Assembly (NCBI GenBank): GCA_003345595.1
Contig: PRDI01000049.1
Span: forward strand, 26,294 to 90,293
Origin: Candidatus Thorarchaeota archaeon
Lineage (GTDB): Archaea; Asgardarchaeota; Thorarchaeia; Thorarchaeales; Thorarchaeaceae
DNA length: 64,000 nt
Direction of reading: 5' to 3'
Shown here: positions 27,064 through 36,958 of the stretch, piece by piece
Layout of the letters: every line of letters begins with the position of its first letter
Numbering within the stretch: the stretch's first letter is position 1
The notes under the pieces: generated by a model
Databases searched by the model: none
Seen by the model: the letters and a program-made list of their open reading frames with translations, nothing else
What the model was told of the DNA's origin: nothing
Program-made: the position numbers and the translations under genes

Positions 27064-27337
27064 GTGGCACGCCTCAAGTCTTCTCTGAGTGAGCTCCGCC
27101 TGATTAATACTAGCGTTACGTCATCCGCGACGAACGCTTTCAAACGGCGCCATGGGAGGACGAACCCGGCAAGGCTAGTTGGATCAAAGGCTGAAGGCAT
27201 CTAAGAGTGATTTCTCACTGGATTCTGGTCCATATGGTTAGATGTGTCGACACCAGTTGCTGGGAGCAAGCAGTGCCGACCACAAAGGAGATTTAGCACA
27301 CATCTAGACTCAGCTGTGTCAGGTTGGACATATTGTC

Positions 27338-27934
27338 ATGAATCTCGTCATTATCACAGGAATGCCAGGTGCAGGAAAGAGCGAACTAGCGCAGATTTTC
27401 CGTGATGCAGGTTTTCCAGTCATTGTGATGGGTGATGTCATCCGTGAAGAGAGCCGAAAGAGAGGTCTTGAGGCCAACTCCGAAAGCACGAAGAAGGTCA
27501 TGCTGGATCTTCGTGAACGAGAGGGCCCGGGAGCAATCGCTATTCATTGTCTTGACGAGCTGAAGACGCAGACGTCCCCGGCGGTTGTCATCGAGGGCTG
27601 TCGGAGCGTTGCAGAAGTTGAGGTCTTTCAGCAGTACGCCCAGTCGGTCGCGATTGTGTGTATTCATTCATCTCCGCTCACCAGGTTTGCTCGCCTATGC
27701 CAACGGGCACGCGAAGATGCTCCTCCAGAGTGGTCAAGCTTCCGGGAGCGCGACCTCAGGGAAATCTCGGTGGGTCTTGGTGGGGTTATTGCATTGAGTG
27801 ACATAATGCTGATCAATGAAGGATCCATTGAAGTCCTGCGCAAGTCAGGGAGAAGAGTTGTAGCGAGGTTTCAGAAAGATGCAAGCCGTCGTGCGAAGCC
27901 GCGTATATCCGACAGAAGACCGAGAACGAGTTGA
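27338..27934 (+). CDS. P-loop nucleotide kinase, archaeal UPF0200 family (adenylate/dephospho-CoA kinase-like)
   Basis: MNLVIITGMPGAGKSELAQIFRDAGFPVIVMGDVIREE... is the UPF0200 signature. Confidence 0.6.
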   Translation: MNLVIITGMPGAGKSELAQIFRDAGFPVIVMGDVIREESRKRGLEANSESTKKVMLDLREREGPGAIAIHCLDELKTQTSPAVVIEGCRSVAEVEVFQQYAQSVAIVCIHSSPLTRFARLCQRAREDAPPEWSSFRERDLREISVGLGGVIALSDIMLINEGSIEVLRKSGRRVVARFQKDASRRAKPRISDRRPRTS

Positions 27935-28304
27935 GAAAGCAATCGCAAATATCTTCGCTGATCTTTCTTACGCTATAGTTGAAGATGAAACGTACTTCGA
28001 GGTGCAGTCCTCTCTCAATCGAGTTGGCTCTCTTGACTGGCTTCGACAAAGAATCCATGAGCTCAAGATAATCGATGCTGTGCGTTCACGATTGCTGTCC
28101 AACTGGAGTGGAAGTTCAACATGGTTGTGCCTTGATAAGCAGGCCGCTTTCTCAGGAAGGGTCAGAATCGCTGACGACTCTGAAGAATCTCCACCGCTTG
28201 GATTCATAGAGATTGTATTGCAGTTTGATACAGAGCCAGAGTTCCAGAGATTCCTGACTTGGTTTGTTCCGCGTACTGCAGACGGACACGTTATTGAGGG
28301 CTAG
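27879..28304 (+). CDS. UPF0201 family protein
   Basis: VYPTEDRERVEKAI, DKQAAFSGRV, PLGFIEIV and FVPRTADG resemble conserved UPF0201 blocks. Neighbours UPF0200. Confidence 0.5.
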   Translation: MQAVVRSRVYPTEDRERVEKAIANIFADLSYAIVEDETYFEVQSSLNRVGSLDWLRQRIHELKIIDAVRSRLLSNWSGSSTWLCLDKQAAFSGRVRIADDSEESPPLGFIEIVLQFDTEPEFQRFLTWFVPRTADGHVIEG

Positions 28305-29326
28305 AATCTCAGCACAAATACTTCGCGTGTCAACCCGCTATGCACAGGTACCGGTAGTCGAAGCTCTGGGGTGAAACCGCAGTCAGTCATCAATTGCAGA
28401 ACGTTCATTTCAGCACTTCCACAAAGACACACACTTCCTCCTTTCGACAGTAATCCACTGGCTTGTTGCAGGAGTGAACTGACCAGTTTTGTTGCCTCTG
28501 CTCCACGGGTCGAGCTGGACCTGCCATATGGAGGATCTGTCACAACACAATGGCATCCTCGTACTGGGATTGAATGGGCATCACCGTGAATGAGAGAATA
28601 GTCGGCATCACCAATACTCATCAGATTGATGCGCGCCCCCGTCAACAATCGCCAGCTGAGATCAAGTCCAATCGCTTTGGCTCCGATATGCGAAACCTCG
28701 CACAGTATTCCACCTGCTCCGCAGAATGGGTCAAGTACAATGTGATCTGGCATAACACCCGCAAGATTGCACATTACTCTTGCCAAGAACGAGTTCATCA
28801 TAGAGGGGTGAAAGAAAGGCATCGATCCCGGGCTTCTTCTCCTCAGCTGACTGCGCAGTCTAGACTGGTTTGATTCACACATCAAGACCCGCTGTGGCTC
28901 TAGAACAAGCAATATGCTCACAACAGGATTCTTCACGGCAACCTTGGCTCCGGTTGATGTCCTAATTGACTCTCCAAGTAATCGAATGGCTGATTCTCTG
29001 CTTCTCGTTTCTTCGACCCCAGTGAGGTTCAACACTCTGATGTAGAAGCTGTCCCCCGGTTTAATCCAAGCTCGAATCTGATCCCAGCAATCGTCTTGCA
29101 TCATGTCTTCGAAGCTGCTAGACTCAAATACGACGGCACCCGCTTCTTTAGTTAGCGCCGCTCTCTCCAGTATGAATGAAGAAGGGTCTGGATGGCAACG
29201 AACGAGGGCCAACGGTCCAGACCAATTCATGCTTGCTTCAATGCCCGATGCGCGGATAAGAGCTTGGACTTCAGCTTGGGCCAGAGTGACATTCTCGCCA
29301 GATACCAACACGAAGTATCTGTTCAA
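28301..29326 (-). CDS. THUMP-domain tRNA (guanine-N2) methyltransferase, Trm11/Trm-G10-like
   Basis: SAM motif VLDPFCGAGGILCE and catalytic VVTDPPYG following an N-terminal THUMP-like domain. Confidence 0.7.
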   Translation of the reverse strand: MNRYFVLVSGENVTLAQAEVQALIRASGIEASMNWSGPLALVRCHPDPSSFILERAALTKEAGAVVFESSSFEDMMQDDCWDQIRAWIKPGDSFYIRVLNLTGVEETRSRESAIRLLGESIRTSTGAKVAVKNPVVSILLVLEPQRVLMCESNQSRLRSQLRRRSPGSMPFFHPSMMNSFLARVMCNLAGVMPDHIVLDPFCGAGGILCEVSHIGAKAIGLDLSWRLLTGARINLMSIGDADYSLIHGDAHSIPVRGCHCVVTDPPYGRSSSTRGAEATKLVSSLLQQASGLLSKGGSVCLCGSAEMNVLQLMTDCGFTPELRLPVPVHSGLTREVFVLRF

Positions 29327-29335
29327 ACCCCTTTC

Positions 29336-30106
29336 CTACTCCTCTGTGGCATAGTCTTCTCCACCAGCGAATATTCGCTGCATTTCACCGTAGAGCGTTT
29401 CCATCCCTGACATCTGTTTCGCAGATGCTGGTATTACAGTTGCAGCCCCTCCAAGGTCGTCCAACATTCTGAGTATGGAGTCAGAATACTCCCGGAGCAA
29501 TCCCCCCTCTGAGGTGTCCAGAGCTTCTTCAAGTAGGTAGGAGTCTTCTGACCAACCAACTATCTCTTGGACTTGATTCTCCAATAGTATGTCCTGTTTG
29601 CTCAGGACATTCAGCTGAGGTAGTCCGAATCTTATGCTGATCGACAAACCGAGCAACATTGAAGAGAGATAGCCAGCTGGAGTACGTGCGATGTTCGAGT
29701 CAAGGAGGTAGATGGACAAGGCTGGGTCTTGTCCCCTGATGCTGGAAATCATCAATGGACCTGAGTTTCGATATGCAAAGAGTTCCATCTGTCCTGGACA
29801 GTCAATCAGGACGTAATTCGCCTCTGTATCGACAATCTCTCCCCTAAGCTCGTTCGCGAAGCTGACCGCCATATCTAGGCTCGCAACAAGTGCACCATTT
29901 GGCCCAAGACCGTACTTGTTCATCACCTCAGCGTAGTCGACATACTCTCGGATATCGACATCACTAGTGTAAGGCAGATCTTCCACACCCGGGTCGAGAT
30001 TGACCACTGCGACACTCAAGTCTGATTCTGTCAGCCACTTCTCCAAAGAAGCGGTCAGCATAGACTTGCCCGAGCCAGCTGTACCAACTATGACAGAGCA
30101 AAACAT
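29336..30106 (-). CDS. GPN-loop GTPase (XAB1/PAB0955 family)
   Basis: P-loop GTAGSGKS, the signature G-P-N in KYGLGPNGAL, and DCPGQME. Confidence 0.85.
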   Translation of the reverse strand: MFCSVIVGTAGSGKSMLTASLEKWLTESDLSVAVVNLDPGVEDLPYTSDVDIREYVDYAEVMNKYGLGPNGALVASLDMAVSFANELRGEIVDTEANYVLIDCPGQMELFAYRNSGPLMISSIRGQDPALSIYLLDSNIARTPAGYLSSMLLGLSISIRFGLPQLNVLSKQDILLENQVQEIVGWSEDSYLLEEALDTSEGGLLREYSDSILRMLDDLGGAATVIPASAKQMSGMETLYGEMQRIFAGGEDYATEE

Positions 30107-30284
30107 CTACTAGACCGCGAAAAGGGGCAAGCTATTCCGGTCTTGAGTTCTTCGGTTGTCCAAATGCGCACACTCCTATTGTTCTACGACTGGCAGTTCT
30201 GCGATTTACCGTGTCTCGTCACTTGTCGACATTTGCTTTGGTTTTCGCGCAAGTCTTATCTGTCCACATAAGTCGTCTTGACTC

Positions 30285-31031
30285 ATGGACCAGAGTGAGG
30301 CGCTGCGAAGACTTGCAGAGGCGATAGCTGGAGAGATCTGTCTTGCTGAAACAGACCCCGGTGCAGTCATGAAGAGGTGGCGCGAGCGTTTTCAGATCTC
30401 CCAGAAGCATCTTGCCAAGCATCTCAGTGTTTCTCCATCAGTGATAAGCGATTATGAAAGCGGAAGAAGGAAGTCGCCGCGTGTCGAAACTATTCGAAGG
30501 TTCGTTGAAGGGCTGATCGAGATGGACGCTGAGAATGGGAGTCGAGTCGCAATGGCACTTGAGAAACTCGTCACTCCTGAGATTGCATCGGACGCCATAC
30601 TTGATAGCCGCGAGTTCGGTGTACCGGTGCCCGCAAGGCTGCTCATCAAGCACTTGGGCTGCAAGGTGCTAACTCATGAAGGTCTGCTTGACCGTGACAT
30701 CTACGGTTACACAGCCCTGGACAGTGTAAAGGCGATAGTCGCTCTTACTCCCCAGCAGCTTCTTCGTCTATATGGTGGAACGACCCAGAGAGCTGCAATC
30801 CTTACGAATGTTTCAACGGGCCGCTCTCCTATGGTCGCAATCAAAGCCAGCCAGATAGGGACATCTTCCGCCGTAAAGCCTGCGGTCGTCGTACTCCAGG
30901 GTGTGAAGGAGCTGGACCCACTTGCCATCAGGATTGCAGAGAGCATCCATCTGCCTCTGTGCACATCAAGCCACGCATCAGCAGAGGATCTAATCCGCAG
31001 TCTAAGGGCTTTCAATCCGCACGTTGAGTAA
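30285..31031 (+). CDS. XRE-type HTH transcriptional regulator with an archaeal C-terminal domain (COG1395-like)
   Basis: ISQKHLAKHLSVSPSVISDYESGRRKSP is a Cro/C1 HTH. Confidence 0.55.
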   Translation: MDQSEALRRLAEAIAGEICLAETDPGAVMKRWRERFQISQKHLAKHLSVSPSVISDYESGRRKSPRVETIRRFVEGLIEMDAENGSRVAMALEKLVTPEIASDAILDSREFGVPVPARLLIKHLGCKVLTHEGLLDRDIYGYTALDSVKAIVALTPQQLLRLYGGTTQRAAILTNVSTGRSPMVAIKASQIGTSSAVKPAVVVLQGVKELDPLAIRIAESIHLPLCTSSHASAEDLIRSLRAFNPHVE

Positions 31032-31046
31032 TAGAAACGGAGGTCA

Positions 31047-32342
31047 GTGACTTTGGAATTGATGATGGAGGTGAACGACCCTGTTCACGGTTTCATTGGA
31101 CTCACGGAGCTTGAAGCCAAGATAGTCGATTCTGAACCCTATCAGAGGTTGAGAAGAATAAAGCAGCTCTCAGGAGGGCATTACGTCTATCCGACGGGTA
31201 CACACACCCGATTCGGTCACTGCATCGGTGCAATGTACCTTGCCGGTCTAATGAGTAATAGGCTCTTGGGTCAGCTGGGGCTCGAAGACTCAATTCAGGA
31301 AGTGCGGGTCGCAGCCTTACTTCACGACATAGGCCATGGCCCATTCAGTCATGTGTTCGAGGAGTCGCTGATTGAGAAACGAGGGTGGAATCATGAGGAT
31401 GTGACTGAATGGATAATTCGTGAAAGCGAGCTAGGGGATTTGCTTGAAGATGGAGGCCAGTCCAGAGACCGCATAGCGAAGCTCGTGCGTGGTCAAGGAC
31501 TTAGGTCGACTGATGCCATACTGGCCGGAATTGTCGCGGGCCAAGTTGATGTTGACAAGATGGACTACTTGGTCCGTGATTCCTTTTACTGCGGAGTCAA
31601 CTACGGCCTGGTCGATATCGTCCGACTGATAAACAGTCTTGAGGTTTCGGACCAAGGCACACTACATTTCGACATTGCTGCGCGGGGTGCTTTGGAGTCG
31701 TTTCTAGTGGCAAGATATGAGATGTTTCTGAACGTGTATTACCACAAGACAGTACGCAGCGTCGAGATTATGCTTGTGAAGATGATGAATGCAGCTGACA
31801 GCGTACTTGGCTTTACTGGCTTCTCCACGCCAGCCGAATTCCTGAAATTGGACGACCCGTTCGTTATCTCAAGTGTGCGTAATCTCAAGCCCGACTCCGT
31901 CGAGTCCCGAGAGGCCATAGCTATGGTCAATCTGCTAGACTCGCGTGTGCTCTACAAGTGTGCGTTTGAAAAGGTCCTTCATACTCAAGACAGATTCGTT
32001 TCCAAGGTCCTTACGAAGCGGAAAGTCAGAGAAACAATCCAAGACGAGATTGCATCGGATGCTGGTGTTCCCTCCGATGAGGTGATGGTCGATGTACCGA
32101 CACTGCCATCAGTGCCCTACGATCCTCATCAGATCAATCCCATGGAGATAGGCATCTTCGAGGTCATTGATGGAAAGAAAGTCCCACACAATCTCTCGGA
32201 CTATTCAAACATAGGACAGATGATGAAGGTGTACTTGGATGTCATTCGAGTATACACACTCGACAAACATCGCACAAAGGTAGGACGCGCCGCACGCGGG
32301 ATATTCCAAGAGGTACCCGAAGCGGCACTGATTCATATGTGA
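31047..32342 (+). CDS. HD-domain phosphohydrolase (COG1078, SAMHD1/dGTPase-like)
   Basis: RFGHCIGAMYLA...HDIGHGPFSH is the H...HD...D metal-binding motif. Confidence 0.8.
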   Translation: MTLELMMEVNDPVHGFIGLTELEAKIVDSEPYQRLRRIKQLSGGHYVYPTGTHTRFGHCIGAMYLAGLMSNRLLGQLGLEDSIQEVRVAALLHDIGHGPFSHVFEESLIEKRGWNHEDVTEWIIRESELGDLLEDGGQSRDRIAKLVRGQGLRSTDAILAGIVAGQVDVDKMDYLVRDSFYCGVNYGLVDIVRLINSLEVSDQGTLHFDIAARGALESFLVARYEMFLNVYYHKTVRSVEIMLVKMMNAADSVLGFTGFSTPAEFLKLDDPFVISSVRNLKPDSVESREAIAMVNLLDSRVLYKCAFEKVLHTQDRFVSKVLTKRKVRETIQDEIASDAGVPSDEVMVDVPTLPSVPYDPHQINPMEIGIFEVIDGKKVPHNLSDYSNIGQMMKVYLDVIRVYTLDKHRTKVGRAARGIFQEVPEAALIHM

Positions 32343-32683
32343 TATCACGTCTTCAGTTTCCTAGGGTGAAGAGGCACCAAGCATTTACCTGTGTACAGTG
32401 CTCAGTTGGGACGCGAATCATCTTACACTCTGTCAGCTGGACATATTCTGGTTCAGGAATGTCCGTCCTCCTAGAAGCAGAACTTAGGCTCTACTGCTTC
32501 ATGTCAGTCAGGGATCGATTCGGGGACTGAATCGGTCACGAGTCGCTTGGGCCTGTATTCCGGAGAGCATGACACTATCCATTCTGTAGGCAGTTGTCAG
32601 GCACTCTCTTTTGGAGGATGAACCTGAAACCCTGTGCTGTGTGGTGATTATATAGTGTACGTCAGGAATCAACCTTGAACTGA

Positions 32684-33646
32684 TTGATGTGGGATCGTAC
32701 GGTGATCGAAGGCCTCAATGAAACCCTCCAGAACATCAAGGCAATCTCTGGAGTTGAGAATGTTGTTCTCATTCAGAAAGACGGCCTTCCGGTCGCCAGT
32801 GCAGGTGTGTGGTTCAGCAAGGAGGAGGTCTTTGCAGTAGCTTCCTCCTCGTGTGCAATATTTGGGGTTGCCAAACTCATTCACAGCGGCTTCAATTATC
32901 TGCTGATGGAATCAGACACTTCCAAGGTCTTCCTAGCATCATTACCCAACGATCCGGACTACTTTCTCGCAGTCACCACAGCACCCAGAGTCAATCTTGC
33001 AGCACTTTTCATTGAAATGAAGGGCTCTCTGTCACGGGTGTCGTTTCTACTGAAGCAAGAGGCAGAGAAACGTCTTCCACCACTTCGTTCCTATGATGCC
33101 GAGGAAACTCGGCAGGTATTATCCGGGTTCTCGGTTGCAGAGGGTGGTAGTACATCCTATGCTGCCAACCGCTCAATCATATCACTAGACCGGTCTCAAG
33201 CCATGGCGCTTAGGAGCATTCTACGGCAAGTCCACGACAGCGTCAGCGAGATCGAGTCCGTCTTCCTAGCGTTGAGTGGAGGTGTGCGTGTGTCTCTTGA
33301 TGGATTCACAAACGACAGAATGGCTGCCATGTCATTTGCCCTGTATGATGCATCAGAAAGGGTCGTGAAGACTCTTCGAAACAGTTCTCTTGAGAATGTG
33401 TTATGTGAAACGGATCGCATTAGACACTTCATCTACGCGGTGCCGAATGGGGTGTTTAGTCTCTGGGTTGATCGGACCAGTCAGAAGCTGGGGCTGATTA
33501 GGCTGCTATTGAAGCACTACATAGACGAAACTCGAAGGGTGCTGGCTTCTGCCTCCATGGTGAAACCCACTGTTCCTGAAGACCTCAGGGAACTGCTCAT
33601 GTCCGGCACTTCCGGAGGTCTTGTTCTTGCGAGGCGAAACCAGTGA
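32684..33646 (+). CDS. tandem Roadblock/LC7 (MglB-like) domain protein
   Basis: Two ~130-aa repeats, each with a roadblock pattern: LxxLxxIxGVExVVLIQKDGLPVAS... and ...VFLALSGGVRVSLDG... Confidence 0.55.
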   Translation: MMWDRTVIEGLNETLQNIKAISGVENVVLIQKDGLPVASAGVWFSKEEVFAVASSSCAIFGVAKLIHSGFNYLLMESDTSKVFLASLPNDPDYFLAVTTAPRVNLAALFIEMKGSLSRVSFLLKQEAEKRLPPLRSYDAEETRQVLSGFSVAEGGSTSYAANRSIISLDRSQAMALRSILRQVHDSVSEIESVFLALSGGVRVSLDGFTNDRMAAMSFALYDASERVVKTLRNSSLENVLCETDRIRHFIYAVPNGVFSLWVDRTSQKLGLIRLLLKHYIDETRRVLASASMVKPTVPEDLRELLMSGTSGGLVLARRNQ

Positions 33647-34563
33647 CTTACTCAATCATGCAGATGATAGAGCTGGCGAGCACTGGCTTTCCATTGCTCT
33701 TGAACTCGGTACTGGGTCGAATACCCATCTTGGTGGCGGGGGAGGACACCGAACTAGTGGATGACCTCACGGAGAGTCTGACAATGCTGTGTCCGCACCG
33801 TCACAAGTTTGTCTTCTGGCGTGATTTCACTTCCGAGGCGGAAATCCGGTCAGTATGGGACGAGGAGCGGCATGACTACGAAGTGAACCGCACCGTCGTG
33901 TGCTGTCTCTCGACTAATCTGACGCTGGCTCTCGATCGGATTACACAGTTCATGGGGTGGATAGTATCAATACCCTTGAGCGCTGACGTTCTCGGACTTC
34001 ACGTGACGGAGGAAACTCTTGTGAAGGCGGCGGCGCACATCCTGCGGACTTCAGGCAACTGTGGCATACTGAGAGTCACATCACCATCTGCAATCAGCTT
34101 TTCGCTTGTCAAGCCAGGTCTGCCTTGTCTGGACGTCGAGAAGAGAATTGTCAGCAAGATTCTCAGCCGAAAGACACAGTCTCTTGAGCGGATTCGGCGT
34201 CTGCTCAAGAAGTCACTGCGTGATCTGAATGTTTCCGAGCAGATAGCTGATGAAGTCCTGAAGCTTGATGACGACTCCGAGAAACTGACACATGATATGT
34301 TCGAGGAAGAGGTCAACAGCTACGTTCACGCTGCTCGCAGGGCTGTGATGATTCTATCCCGCATAAGACTGGCTCGACAGCTTGGAGCATCCATCACGCT
34401 TACCGACCGGAATCTCTACGAGGCCATCGGGTGGGAAACTGGAGAGATGCCTGAGCTGGTCCGCTTCATCAGAGGAGAGTGGCATGAAGACTTCTCCGAC
34501 TGTGTCAAGGGCGGTGCTCTTTCCGGGTTGGGAGCTTGGGTTGACAGCATGTGGGGAACATAG
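33643..34563 (+). CDS. hypothetical protein (306 aa) between the roadblock and GTPase genes; no recognisable motifs
   Basis: Overlapping stop/start with both neighbours, so likely co-operonic. No P-loop. Confidence 0.4.
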   Translation: MTYSIMQMIELASTGFPLLLNSVLGRIPILVAGEDTELVDDLTESLTMLCPHRHKFVFWRDFTSEAEIRSVWDEERHDYEVNRTVVCCLSTNLTLALDRITQFMGWIVSIPLSADVLGLHVTEETLVKAAAHILRTSGNCGILRVTSPSAISFSLVKPGLPCLDVEKRIVSKILSRKTQSLERIRRLLKKSLRDLNVSEQIADEVLKLDDDSEKLTHDMFEEEVNSYVHAARRAVMILSRIRLARQLGASITLTDRNLYEAIGWETGEMPELVRFIRGEWHEDFSDCVKGGALSGLGAWVDSMWGT

Positions 34564-34579
34564 GAGGGTCGAGAGCAAG

Positions 34580-35161
34580 ATGATAATCGACTACGGCAGC
34601 CGAACAGTTGGTGTCAAGATTGTGTTCTTTGGCCCTGCAATGAGTGGAAAAACCACCTCGATAAGGTGGTTATTCTCGAAGTTTGAGTGTGCAGACTGTC
34701 TTACATCAATCGAGAACACGGCTGGCAGAACGATGTTTTGTGACTTCGGTACTATTCCATTCTTACTGGGCAATAACTGGACGCTTAGTGCTCACATTTG
34801 GTCTGCAACTGGGCAGGACTTCTATAGGTCGACAAGAGAGGTCGTCCTAGTGGGTGCTGATGGTGTGATATTCGTTGCAGACTCACAAGAACACCTCCTG
34901 AAGGAGAATCTTGCAAGCTGGAATGAGTTGATGACGATGATGGCTGGCGAAGAACGGCCTCTTCCGGTTGTAGTCTGTCTCAACAAACAAGACCTTCTTG
35001 GGGCGGTTTCGGAGGATGCAATCAGGTCTTACCTTAGACTCCCCTCGTCAGTCCCAGTCTTCAGAAGCATAGCAAAGGAAGGGTTCAATATTGTAGAGGC
35101 ATTCTCCCTTCTGTTCCAAGATGCCATACGCACAAGTATCCTCGCTCCTTCCTTACTGTGA
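34580..35161 (+). CDS. MglA-like small Ras-superfamily GTPase
   Basis: G1 GPAMSGKTT, G3 WSATGQD, MglA-like VGADGVIFVADSQ, G4 CLNKQD. Confidence 0.7.
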   Translation: MIIDYGSRTVGVKIVFFGPAMSGKTTSIRWLFSKFECADCLTSIENTAGRTMFCDFGTIPFLLGNNWTLSAHIWSATGQDFYRSTREVVLVGADGVIFVADSQEHLLKENLASWNELMTMMAGEERPLPVVVCLNKQDLLGAVSEDAIRSYLRLPSSVPVFRSIAKEGFNIVEAFSLLFQDAIRTSILAPSLL

Positions 35162-35281
35162 GAACACAAGCAGTCGGAAACCGTCCGTGTCAAGCGGATA
35201 GCTTTTTACGACCTCGGACAACTGACACAGTATGGGGTTTCCTCCAGACCCAAACCGTCCATCATGTCGAGGGGTTCCGCC

Positions 35282-36958
35282 ATGAAGTCTGACAATAATA
35301 GCACAAGGTTCGTATTTGTAACAGGAGGAGTTCTATCTGGCATCGGAAAGGGTGTGACCACCGCATCGATAGCGAAGATACTACAGTTTCGAGGGTACAA
35401 GATCCAAATCGTGAAGATTGATCCCTACCTCAACATCGACCCCGGAACTCTCAATCCCATTGAACACGGCGAGGTGTTTGTGACTGATCAGACGTGGGTG
35501 TTTAGACCCGCAAATGATACCGAGTTCAGAATCACCGAGGTTGATCAGGACTTTGGCACCTATGAGCGATTCATAGGGATGAGTGTCCATCCATCTCAGA
35601 ACATAACCTCAGGGCAGATTTACCTCTCTGTCATTCTAGAAGAAAGAAAGGGCAGTTTCTTGGGCAAGACAGTACAAATAATCCCTCACGTCACTGACTG
35701 TATCAAGCGGCGAATCTGGGAAGTTGCCAATAGGGAACCAAGACCAGATGTGCTGCTAGTAGAGGTTGGAGGCACAGTCGGTGACATTGAGGCCATGCCT
35801 TTCTTGGAGGCCGTACGACAGCTATCAAGAGAGGTGGGTCGAGAGAGGGCTGCTCTAGTCCACGTGACCCTTGTGCCATATTTCGCTGCCGTAGGCGAAT
35901 TCAAGACAAAACCAACACAGCACAGTGTTCGTGCTCTTCAAGGTCTGGGACTCCAGCCAGACATCATTGTGTGCAGAGCTGAACAGAATCTTCCCGATTC
36001 TGCGCGAAGGAAGATTGCTCTATTCTGCAACGTCCCCGAGGAGAGAGTCATCTCTAATCCCGATATCCCAGTAGTCTATCAGCTGCCACTGTCGTTTGAG
36101 GACCAAGGTCTGGGCGAAACGCTGGTTAGTTTCTTTGGACTCGAGCCCCATGTGCCTGAAACAGACTCATGGCGCGAAACTGTGAAAGCGCTCGAAATAC
36201 ACTCCGAAACTGTGACTATTGCGATGCCTGGGAAGTATACAATTCTTAGCGACTCGTACAAGAGCATCAACGAGGCTTTAGCCCATGCAGGGGCACAATG
36301 TAGTGTGAAGGTCAGAATAGAGTGCATTGATACCGAATCAAAATGTGAAGAAGACTGCCTACGTAAGGAGTTCGCTGATATTGATGGAGTGCTTTTGACT
36401 CCAGGTTTTGGATCGCGCGGAGTCGAGGGAATGATTAATGCAGCGGCGGTGACATTCGAAGACGACATTCCGTTCCTCGGCATCTGCTATGGTGGCCAAC
36501 TTGGGACAGTGGCCTTCGCTAGGAAGCGAATGGGCTGGCAAGGAGCGAACACTACAGAGGTGGACCCGGACAGTCTCTACCCAGTCGTCGACCTGATGGA
36601 CGACCAGAGGACGACAGATGAGAAGGGCGGGACAATGAGGGTCGGCGGGCAAGAGGTCCGGATTGTTGAGGGCAGTCGGCTTCACAGCATCTATGGACTG
36701 ACTGAAACAAGAGAGAGATTCAGACACAGGTTTCACCTCATTGAGAGATACGTTCACCGCATGGGAAGTGAGGGGATGGCAATATCCGCATATGACCCAA
36801 CGGGGAAGATAATCAACGCAGTCGAGTTGAGGAACCATCCATTCTGGATAGGAGTGCAGTATCATCCCGAGTTCAGGTCTAGGCCGGATAGTGCACACCC
36901 GCTCTATGTTGCCTTTCTGAGGGCCGCCTTAGAACACAAGCACAAGAGGGAAACCTAG
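35282..36958 (+). CDS. pyrG: CTP synthase
   Basis: [14 protein letters not shown] at the N-terminus and a C-terminal glutamine amidotransferase domain with the GICYG catalytic Cys. Confidence 0.95.
   Translation: MKSDNNSTRFVFVTGGVLSGIGKGVTTASIAKILQFRGYKIQIVKIDPYLNIDPGTLNPIEHGEVFVTDQTWVFRPANDTEFRITEVDQDFGTYERFIGMSVHPSQNITSGQIYLSVILEERKGSFLGKTVQIIPHVTDCIKRRIWEVANREPRPDVLLVEVGGTVGDIEAMPFLEAVRQLSREVGRERAALVHVTLVPYFAAVGEFKTKPTQHSVRALQGLGLQPDIIVCRAEQNLPDSARRKIALFCNVPEERVISNPDIPVVYQLPLSFEDQGLGETLVSFFGLEPHVPETDSWRETVKALEIHSETVTIAMPGKYTILSDSYKSINEALAHAGAQCSVKVRIECIDTESKCEEDCLRKEFADIDGVLLTPGFGSRGVEGMINAAAVTFEDDIPFLGICYGGQLGTVAFARKRMGWQGANTTEVDPDSLYPVVDLMDDQRTTDEKGGTMRVGGQEVRIVEGSRLHSIYGLTETRERFRHRFHLIERYVHRMGSEGMAISAYDPTGKIINAVELRNHPFWIGVQYHPEFRSRPDSAHPLYVAFLRAALEHKHKRET

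Noticed and set aside
34382-34579. N-terminal 66 aa of the 259-aa ORF preceding the MglA-like GTPase
   Set aside because: Overlaps the preceding gene in another frame. The conserved GTPase begins at the internal Met (34580), so the upstream extension is likely not translated.
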